Shown here in pieces: positions 1 through 7,013 of a stretch of 33,407 nt of DNA; position 1 is the stretch's first letter; every line of letters begins with the position of its first letter. The notes beneath the pieces were generated by a model, which worked only from the letters and a program-made list of their open reading frames with translations, was not told the DNA's origin and did no database searches. The stretch lies in sequence record SRR31156797_2049, one strand, 5' to 3'. The position numbers and the translations under genes were made by a program.

Positions 1-19
1 TCGAATCCCTCTCTCTCCG
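1..19 (+). tRNA. 3' end of a tRNA, most likely tRNA-Ser (truncated by window edge; CCA not encoded)
   Basis: TCGAAT (T-loop) CCCTC (T-stem) TCTCTCC (acceptor stem) G (discriminator). A G73 discriminator with an implied GGAGAGA 5' strand is typical of tRNA-Ser. A terminator follows immediately. The anticodon is not visible. Confidence 0.85.
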
Positions 20-25
20 CTGATT

Positions 26-63
26 AAAGCATCAAGGTTTAAAAACTTTGATGCTTTTTTTTT
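26..63 (+). terminator. Intrinsic terminator of the tRNA gene
   Basis: AAAGCATCAAGGTTT / AAACTTTGATGCTTT inverted repeat followed by a T-run. Confidence 0.85.
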
Positions 64-123
64 ATGCAATAATATTTCTCAGAAATTATTTCGTATCGAA
101 ATAAAAAAATACTTCTTCATTAC

Positions 124-158
124 AAAAAAGGCTGTTATCAACAATGACAACAGCCTTT
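124..158 (-). terminator. Intrinsic terminator for the minus-strand sulfatase/maturase transcript
   Basis: AAAGGCTGTT...AACAGCCTTT inverted repeat. The A-run at 124-129 gives a U-tract on the minus strand. Confidence 0.75.
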
Positions 159-163
159 AATAT

Positions 164-444
164 CTATTTTTTTTACAAAAGCATTGTAAGTACTTCCACT
201 TTGTTGAACTTGCATTTGTATCTTTTGTGCTATCCAATTTCATCCCATTTCCTGAAGTTAAATATATACGTGAGCAAAAAACATCTTGTAAAAAGCACAG
301 AAACGTGGCAAACCATTATCTATCGGATCTTTCCAAGCCCATTAAAGAAGGTTCTCCTCCTTGCCAGCCAAAAGAAACTTCAGGTCCCAATGGCTTTCCC
401 AATACCGAACTTAGTTGTTGTTTTTTCATACCCTTAAGCACATT
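164..444 (-). pseudogene. Degraded, internally deleted remnant of an anaerobic sulfatase-maturating radical SAM enzyme (anSME; AtsB/AslB/ChuR/YdeM family)
   Basis: Manual translation of 444-316 gives NVLKGMKKQQLSSVLGKPLGPEVSFGWQGGEPSLMGLERSDR*, containing the anSME FxWQGGEPxLxGL motif at 378-331. A shifted frame from 332 gives KDPIDNGLPRFCAFYKMFFAHVYI*LQEMG*, resembling the anSME C-terminal C..YKMFF.H segment. In-frame stops are present and there is no CxxxCxxC. Boundaries are approximate. Confidence 0.8.
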
Positions 445-481
445 TCAGTTACTCACACAACTTTCAATTTCAGATGTAGCT

Positions 482-517
482 ATCCCTACTGCAACAAAGC
501 CTCATTGCAGTAAGGAT
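482..517 (-). other. Stem-loop just 3' of the sulfatase stop codon (no U-tract; possible mRNA stabiliser)
   Basis: Minus strand ATCCTTACTGCAA-loop-TTGCAGTAGGGAT, 13 bp with one G.U pair. Confidence 0.6.
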
Positions 518-527
518 GAATTTGAAT

Positions 528-2120
528 TTATCTTAAATATTGAGGCATAGATGCAGGATCTTTCGTCCATCGTTTCACACGATTGTTTATCATGTGAAAC
601 TCCTTATTTCTCTCGGTAGGCTCATAAATATCTACAGGCAAATGCTTTTTCAGTTCTGTAATCACATCCTTATATTCAGACTTGTTTGCTAAATTTACAT
701 GTTCACCAAAATCCTTCTCCTCATCGTACAATTCTTCTGATCCATCATTATATCGAATGTATCTCCATTGGTCACAACGAACAGAATGAGATCCATAAGT
801 CCAACTGCTAATTACAGGATTTTTTCTCTTCACATCCATATCGGTCAATAATGGCAAAAGACTTTCTCCATCTTGCTTCTCATTCCTTTCTAAACCACAC
901 AAATCGGTTAAGGTAGGATATACATCCAGTAAGCTTACAGCATTCTTATTGATTTGCTCCGCTGGTGTCACACCAGGAACTACCCATAACATAGGTGCAA
1001 CCGTAGCTTCGTTCCACATGTTATTTTTACGCCAATTTCTCTTTTCCCCAAAACACTGCCCATGATCAGACCAAAGTACAATGATTGTATTTTTTCCATA
1101 CTCGCTGTTATCTAAAGCATCTAACAAACGTCCTAATTGAGCATCCATAAAAGTGATGGCAGCGAGATAACCTTGTATCAATTCTTTACGGTAAGTTGGG
1201 CTAATTTTGTTCACTATCGCTTCTGCGCCAGGTTCTGTAATTCCTTCTGCCATCGCCTTTCCATAAATTGGAATATCAGCAAATTCATTCTCCAAGGCAG
1301 CTGGAATCTTGATTTTATCCAAAGGATACATATCGAAATACTCGCGAGGAGCCGTATAAGGAACATGAGGTCGTAAAAATCCAACTCCCAACAAAAATGG
1401 TTTATCATGATCTTTTTGCAATCGTTCAATTGCCCATTCTACATTTTGCTCATCAGGCATTTTACCTTCTGGCAGATATTCTCTATCGATAGGACCAGCG
1501 CAAAGAGAAAAGCCAGGATAATTGGTTCCATTCTTTTTATTAAAATTTGTTGTTCCCGAACCACCCATCGGGAAAGGATAGAAATCAGGTGCACCATAAC
1601 GATTCCCATCTTTCATCAACTTTTCAGTTAAGGCATAAGCCCGAGGTTTTCGCTCGTCCCAGAGTTTCTGATTCTGAAAATCATCTTCAATTGCCCAACA
1701 TGCATGCCCTTCAATCTTTCCACATCCTATAGTTTCATAACCATTCTGTCTAAAAAAGGCAGGTAATAAATTTACCTCATTCCAAATTTCCTGATTGGGT
1801 GTACCACTTTTATTAGTATAACATCCCGTAGTAATAGGACTCAAAGAAGATAACACAGATAAACGCGATGGAGTACAAACTGCCACAGCAGCATGCGCAT
1901 TGTTAAAATATACACCGCGTTTCGCCAAACGATCCAAATTTGGTGTTTTCACATCCGGATGTCCCTTAGACATTCCTGTCCAATCATTCAAATCATCAAC
2001 AGAAATGAACAGAACGTTTGGTTTAGTCTGTTCAGTTTCTTTCTTTTCAATTCCTCCTCCGCATGATTGCATTAGCAACGCACCAGCGCCTAGAAGCAAT
2101 GAGTTTCTTATCATGTTCAT
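528..2120 (-). CDS. Cys-type S1 sulfatase, iduronate-2-sulfatase/choline-sulfatase-like (probably S1_7), lipoprotein
   Basis: Lipobox LMQSC; PNVLFISVDDLNDW; FGly motif CTPSR; GVGFLRPHVPY; WSDHG...GEK..WRK. Confidence 0.9.
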   Translation of the reverse strand: MNMIRNSLLLGAGALLMQSCGGGIEKKETEQTKPNVLFISVDDLNDWTGMSKGHPDVKTPNLDRLAKRGVYFNNAHAAVAVCTPSRLSVLSSLSPITTGCYTNKSGTPNQEIWNEVNLLPAFFRQNGYETIGCGKIEGHACWAIEDDFQNQKLWDERKPRAYALTEKLMKDGNRYGAPDFYPFPMGGSGTTNFNKKNGTNYPGFSLCAGPIDREYLPEGKMPDEQNVEWAIERLQKDHDKPFLLGVGFLRPHVPYTAPREYFDMYPLDKIKIPAALENEFADIPIYGKAMAEGITEPGAEAIVNKISPTYRKELIQGYLAAITFMDAQLGRLLDALDNSEYGKNTIIVLWSDHGQCFGEKRNWRKNNMWNEATVAPMLWVVPGVTPAEQINKNAVSLLDVYPTLTDLCGLERNEKQDGESLLPLLTDMDVKRKNPVISSWTYGSHSVRCDQWRYIRYNDGSEELYDEEKDFGEHVNLANKSEYKDVITELKKHLPVDIYEPTERNKEFHMINNRVKRWTKDPASMPQYLR

Positions 2121-2348
2121 ATTGCTATTATCTTGAAAGCTCGATTAATATATTTCTAATATTTCATTTGACCAAGTCTGACATGCTTTATCAGTTCGAT
2201 TCAAATCTATCGATCAGCACTAATATTTGAAAACTCAATATTAGACACATTCTATTAATCTCATTTTACTATTCAATTGTTCACTTTAAATTTTGTTGAA
2301 ACTGTATCTTTTTTAAGATAAAATCCTCAATCCAACTTGTCATATGGT

Positions 2349-3929
2349 TTAGTTTTTTGATTTAGGCAACAACTTTTCCCAAGTTTGTTCTTTCCATTCA
2401 ACGGGCTTTTCCATATTTATAATCCAACCATCAAATGCAGATTTTAACCTCCTCACTAGTTCTGAATTCTGAGTTGCAATATTGTTTTTCTCTCCCGGAT
2501 CTTGTCTGATGTTGAAAAGTTCAAATCGATCTCCAACCGGATAATAATGCATCATAAAATCGCCTTCTAGAACGGTTCCTGCCGGATCGGATAAATGTTC
2601 ACGATATTGACTGGATGGAAATGCAATCACCTCTTTACTTCCTTTCACATATTGTTCGTATCCAGCCCAAAAATCCAAATTTTTATCACTCCAGTGATAT
2701 GCCTGGCAGCCTGCCCAAAACAATTGTCTTTTCTCTTTTTCTTCACCCTTAATTACCTTTTGCAATGCAATACCATCAACCGATTTTGAAACATCGATTC
2801 CTGCTGATGCCAGTGCTGTTGGTAATAAATCCATAGCTGAAACATTTTCTGTTACCACTTTTCCTTTATCATACAATCCAGGACACCAGGCAAACATTGG
2901 AACGTGAATTCCTCCCTGGAACATCAAACCTTTATTTCCTTTAAAAGCACCATTTAAAGGAAGTGGCGAATCAACCACCGCACCATTATCGCTCACAAAA
3001 AGAATAATTGTATTCTTATCAATTTTCAAATCTTTAAGTTTAGATACAATTTGTCCAATTCCATCATCCACAGCTGCTAATGTTGCATAGTAGTTATCTA
3101 CTTCCGGATTTCCTGTATTAAATCGTTGATATTTACGTGGAGCTTGCTCTTCCAAAGGAATATGGGGTGCATTGTAAGATAAAAAGATGAAAAAAGGATT
3201 TTCCTTATTCTTCTCAATGTAATGTAAAGCCTCATCGGTAAACTCTTCGGTAGTATAGCCTTGTGATTTAACATGCTCATAGTTTCTGAACAAACTAGTT
3301 GCATTGTAATAATTACTTCCGTGATAATTAAATCCATAATAATAATCAAATCCTTTACTTAACGGATGTTGATCTTTCACACATCCATAAATCGCATCTC
3401 GATGATAATCTCTTGTTTTCTCAACCAGAGAATCAATGGTTAATTCACCCAAATGCCATTTTCCAATCATTGCAGTTTTGTAACCATTCTCCTGAAAATT
3501 CTCAGACAAGAATTTCTCTTGTGGACGAACACCTGCTTCCGCATCGTAATTATTATAGATTCCAAAACGCTGAGTATATTTTCCAGTTAAAAGTGCAGCT
3601 CTGGATGGAGCACAAGTTGTTGAAGCTACAAATGCATTGGTAAATTTCACTCCTTCATTTGCCAATTTTGAGGTATTTGGCATGGCTGTCTGCGCCGCTT
3701 GATAAGCAGCCTCTACCGGCGTTGTATATCTTTTGGTAACCTGTGTATTTTTCAACTGATCCTGACTATAGGATTTGGGATCGAAATTCAATTGACCATA
3801 GCCTTGATCATCGGTTACTACTAAAATTACATTGGGCTGAACTGATTCTGAAACTTGCTTAGAAGTTCCTGTTGCGCAAGCACCCAAAAGTATAGGCCAC
3901 ATTGCATGTATTGATTTTGATATTTTCAC
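2349..3929 (-). CDS. Cys-type S1 sulfatase, close to E. coli YdeN-type sulfatases, lipoprotein
   Basis: DDQGYGQLNFD, CAPSRAALLTG, GKWHL, KTRDYH, YNAPH, SDNGAVVDSPLPLNGA match YdeN as I recall it. Start moved from the ORF-track 4001 to GTG at 3929, which gives a clean signal peptide ending LLGAC. Confidence 0.88.
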   Translation of the reverse strand: MKISKSIHAMWPILLGACATGTSKQVSESVQPNVILVVTDDQGYGQLNFDPKSYSQDQLKNTQVTKRYTTPVEAAYQAAQTAMPNTSKLANEGVKFTNAFVASTTCAPSRAALLTGKYTQRFGIYNNYDAEAGVRPQEKFLSENFQENGYKTAMIGKWHLGELTIDSLVEKTRDYHRDAIYGCVKDQHPLSKGFDYYYGFNYHGSNYYNATSLFRNYEHVKSQGYTTEEFTDEALHYIEKNKENPFFIFLSYNAPHIPLEEQAPRKYQRFNTGNPEVDNYYATLAAVDDGIGQIVSKLKDLKIDKNTIILFVSDNGAVVDSPLPLNGAFKGNKGLMFQGGIHVPMFAWCPGLYDKGKVVTENVSAMDLLPTALASAGIDVSKSVDGIALQKVIKGEEKEKRQLFWAGCQAYHWSDKNLDFWAGYEQYVKGSKEVIAFPSSQYREHLSDPAGTVLEGDFMMHYYPVGDRFELFNIRQDPGEKNNIATQNSELVRRLKSAFDGWIINMEKPVEWKEQTWEKLLPKSKN

Positions 3930-4073
3930 CTTATTAGATTTTAATTCTATTGTAATATTCCAAAGATCATCATTCAGCATCATTACAAAGGCTAAGATCA
4001 TTCAAATGAACTCCAAAATCATCCATCAAAATAGATCTCGACATATTAATAGAACTAAAAATCAGGCTATTTT

Positions 4074-4084
4074 GATTTGGGACA
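4074..4084. promoter_or_regulatory. Perfect half-site (GATTTGGGACA) of the putative PUL operator in the divergent sulfatase promoter region
   Basis: Exact reverse complement of the TGTCCCAAATC half-site at 14658. The partner half-site is not conserved. Confidence 0.5.
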
Positions 4085-4168
4085 CCTTTCATAAGTGTAC
4101 AGTTTCATAATAATTGTATTTAATCAATAAGTTCTACAACTTTAAAACAGAATCAATGAAATATAAAC

Positions 4169-5686
4169 ATGATAAAGCATTTAAATACAAAATTTAATAG
4201 TGCCTTGGGGCTTTTAGCCTGCACAAGTGCACTCCTTTCCTCTTCTTGCAGCAGCCCAATCCAAAAACAATCTCAACCCAATATTATCCTCTTTCTAGTT
4301 GATGATATGGGTTGGACAGATACGTCTGTTCCTTTCGGTTCAAAAATGACATCGAACAATCGATATCAAAAAACTCCGAATATGGAATTGTTGGCACAAC
4401 AAGGAATTAAATTCACAAATGCCTACGCCGCAAGTCCTGTGTGCTCACCTACACGATGTAGCATTCTTACTGGTAAAAATCCTGCCCGAAGCCAAATCAC
4501 CAACTGGATTCCCGGACAGGGAAATGATATTCCCGAATCGGAACAGAAATTATTTATTCCAGATTGGAATGTAAATGGATTATCTGCAGATGACATCACC
4601 TTCCCGAAACTACTCCAAAAACATGGATATACAACTGCACATATAGGCAAAGCTCACTTTGGAATGGCAGGTACAAGTGGTGCCGATCCTAAAAATTTAG
4701 GATTTGACTACAATATTGCCGGACATCATGCTGGTCATCCAGCTTCTTACTATTATCCTTACGGTGAGAAAAATAGCCATTACAAAGTTCCCAACCTTGA
4801 AGAGTTTGAAAAAGACAGTTTATATCTTACCGATGCTTTAACAGTAAAAGCCACTCAACTGATTGAAAAATTCTCAACAGAGAAGAAACCGTTTTTCCTA
4901 AATCTTGCACATTATGCAGTTCATACACCAATACAGGAACATAAGGAATTGGTTCAGCAATTCATAAAGAAAGGAAAAACTGAAGCCGAAGCAAAGTATG
5001 CATCTATGGTTGCAAGCATGGATAATAGTTTAGGGAATATCATGAGCAAACTTAATAATCTTAAAATTGCTGACAATACCATTATCATCTTCATGTCGGA
5101 TAATGGAGGATTAGTAACTCATGCAGATCATCCAACCACCAATGCTCCGCTTAGCGATGGTAAAGGAACTTGTCGTGAAGGTGGAATTAGAGTGCCCATG
5201 ATAGTGAAATGGACTGGAAAAGCAGAGGCAGGAACACAATGTGACGAGCCTGTTAGTAGCGATGATTTTTTTCCAACCATTTTACAGATGGCAGGGATTT
5301 CGCCGGAAACTTATTTATCTAATATTGACGGAAAAGATTTACTTCCTCTACTTATAAATGAAGGAGATTTTTATCGTCCTGAAGGACTTTGTTTTCATTA
5401 CCCACATTATTGGGCTTGGAAAGGCTTACGAGATAAATATCCTACCATAAAACCATTTAGTTCTATAAGAATGGGAAAATGGAAACTTTGCTATGGATAC
5501 GAAAATGAAAAAGTTGAATTATTCGATTTGAAAAATGATATTTCGGAGAAAATCAATTTAGTGGATGAGCATCCTGATGTTGCTAAAAAACTATGCTCCC
5601 AGTTAAAATCATATCTGCAAAAAGTTAATGCTCAAACTCCAATAGATCGTAAATCAAAAAATTCACTGGCTTATCCTCACTTGTAA
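4169..5686 (+). CDS. Cys-type S1 sulfatase (tentatively S1_16, Gal/GalNAc-4S-like), lipoprotein
   Basis: Lipobox LSSSC; PNIILFLVDDMGWTDTSVPF; CSPTR; GKAHFG; HYAVHTP; SDNGG; EGGIRVP; FHYPH. Confidence 0.88.
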   Translation: MIKHLNTKFNSALGLLACTSALLSSSCSSPIQKQSQPNIILFLVDDMGWTDTSVPFGSKMTSNNRYQKTPNMELLAQQGIKFTNAYAASPVCSPTRCSILTGKNPARSQITNWIPGQGNDIPESEQKLFIPDWNVNGLSADDITFPKLLQKHGYTTAHIGKAHFGMAGTSGADPKNLGFDYNIAGHHAGHPASYYYPYGEKNSHYKVPNLEEFEKDSLYLTDALTVKATQLIEKFSTEKKPFFLNLAHYAVHTPIQEHKELVQQFIKKGKTEAEAKYASMVASMDNSLGNIMSKLNNLKIADNTIIIFMSDNGGLVTHADHPTTNAPLSDGKGTCREGGIRVPMIVKWTGKAEAGTQCDEPVSSDDFFPTILQMAGISPETYLSNIDGKDLLPLLINEGDFYRPEGLCFHYPHYWAWKGLRDKYPTIKPFSSIRMGKWKLCYGYENEKVELFDLKNDISEKINLVDEHPDVAKKLCSQLKSYLQKVNAQTPIDRKSKNSLAYPHL

Positions 5687-5690
5687 AAAG

Positions 5691-5728
5691 AAAAAGCATC
5701 TGCTGGAAATCCAGCAGATGCTTTTTTT
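5691..5728. terminator. Bidirectional intrinsic terminator between convergent genes
   Basis: AAAAAGCATCTGCTGGA-AA-TCCAGCAGATGCTTTTTTT perfect inverted repeat with A- and T-tracts. Confidence 0.92.
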
Positions 5729-5760
5729 ACAGTATTTCAATTTAACTTATAAATAAATCA

Positions 5761-7011
5761 CTATTTATACCCTATCAAACTAACAGGATTTTTTAATTCC
5801 ACACTTAAGTTATTTAAGTATTTAAAGAATGAATCTGCACTTTTAATACCCTCCTTTTCTTCCTGAAAAGCAGCTGTCACAACGTATTCCACAAAAGTTT
5901 TATTTCCTTTTAACCTCACAAGATGATTCTCCTCGTCCTGATCGAAAACTTCGAAATATTGCTGTGGTATTATCACACCCAAACCAACAGTTACTTTAGG
6001 GTATTTTTCATGATTCAGTCGAGGAAATTCTGTTCCCCAAAGCCCGAAATAAGAATTTTCTTCATCTTTTATAACTTCAGAAACATCCATCTTTCTAATA
6101 CCTGTGCAAAATTGAGGCAAGTCGTTATCGGTATAAATCTGAAGTATCATTTCTCTTTTTCCAGCATACTGAATCATACGTAACAAAACTTTTGAATTAC
6201 CCGCATAAGACTCGATATTTGGAGCAACCATGTCGATAATTGTACGCACAGGACCTTTAGCTCTTATAACAGAATATCGACCATTATTCGCTTTTAATAG
6301 CTGTGTTTCTTTTCCATTCCAAATTCTAGGAGATCCAACACCCAAGGTGTTTTTTACAAAAAGAATATCACCACCATATTGCTTTTTAACAAGGGAATCG
6401 TTGGAATACCAATTAGTTGTTTCCAACTCTAATCGCTTATGCATTTTACCATAGATATCGATACTGCAACGATCATCGAAATACATACGATAAGCCATCA
6501 TTTTCGACTCACTTGCTGGTCCATGGTGCATAATTTGCTTATACAGATCGCCAGATTCAGAATATATACTATCCTTTTTAATAAAAGGCTTCATCCCATT
6601 CTTCATTCCCATTTGAGCATAAATTCCCTTCTGAAATTGATACCCATCGGCTAAACTCTTACTTATTTTAAAGATCTTAAGCTCCAAGTCCGACTTTGCA
6701 CCAATTTGCACTTGGCAAACCAACTGATCAAGCTTACCATCGTTATTTAAATCATCCAATTGAGAGGGAATAATTTGATTATTCTGACTTATCAACAAAC
6801 GAGTTTTAGCATCCAGTTGCATATCCTCTTTTAGATCTGACAAATTAATTTCTACAGGCACCAACATTCTATCCTGATTTAAAGGATTATGCAAGCGAAT
6901 GGTTTGAATAGCAAAAATTTCTCCTTGCTTGAAAATCTGATTCTTTTGATTACTAGAACATGCACTAGTAATCAGAAGAATCAATAATATATATAATGGA
7001 TTGTTTTTCAT
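5761..7011 (-). CDS. DUF4861-family lipoprotein of unknown function
   Basis: Lipobox ITSAC; IPSQLDDLNNDG; HHGPASES..AYRMYFD.R.SIDIYGK....LEL; GGDIL.V..TLGVG; GPVRTI. Confidence 0.78.
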   Translation of the reverse strand: MKNNPLYILLILLITSACSSNQKNQIFKQGEIFAIQTIRLHNPLNQDRMLVPVEINLSDLKEDMQLDAKTRLLISQNNQIIPSQLDDLNNDGKLDQLVCQVQIGAKSDLELKIFKISKSLADGYQFQKGIYAQMGMKNGMKPFIKKDSIYSESGDLYKQIMHHGPASESKMMAYRMYFDDRCSIDIYGKMHKRLELETTNWYSNDSLVKKQYGGDILFVKNTLGVGSPRIWNGKETQLLKANNGRYSVIRAKGPVRTIIDMVAPNIESYAGNSKVLLRMIQYAGKREMILQIYTDNDLPQFCTGIRKMDVSEVIKDEENSYFGLWGTEFPRLNHEKYPKVTVGLGVIIPQQYFEVFDQDEENHLVRLKGNKTFVEYVVTAAFQEEKEGIKSADSFFKYLNNLSVELKNPVSLIGYK

Positions 7012-7013
7012 TT

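Noticed and set aside
144-550. Plus-strand ORFs 144-437 and 227-550
   Set aside because: No recognisable motifs; they are antisense shadows of the minus-strand anSME remnant.
2220-2244. AT-rich inverted repeat between the two minus-strand sulfatases
   Set aside because: Weak, bulged and almost all A/T; likely chance.
3930-4001. N-terminal extensions in the ORF track (also 9930-9980, 16492-16515, 27747-27815)
   Set aside because: Downstream starts give canonical signal peptides, and the extensions run through intergenic or hairpin sequence.
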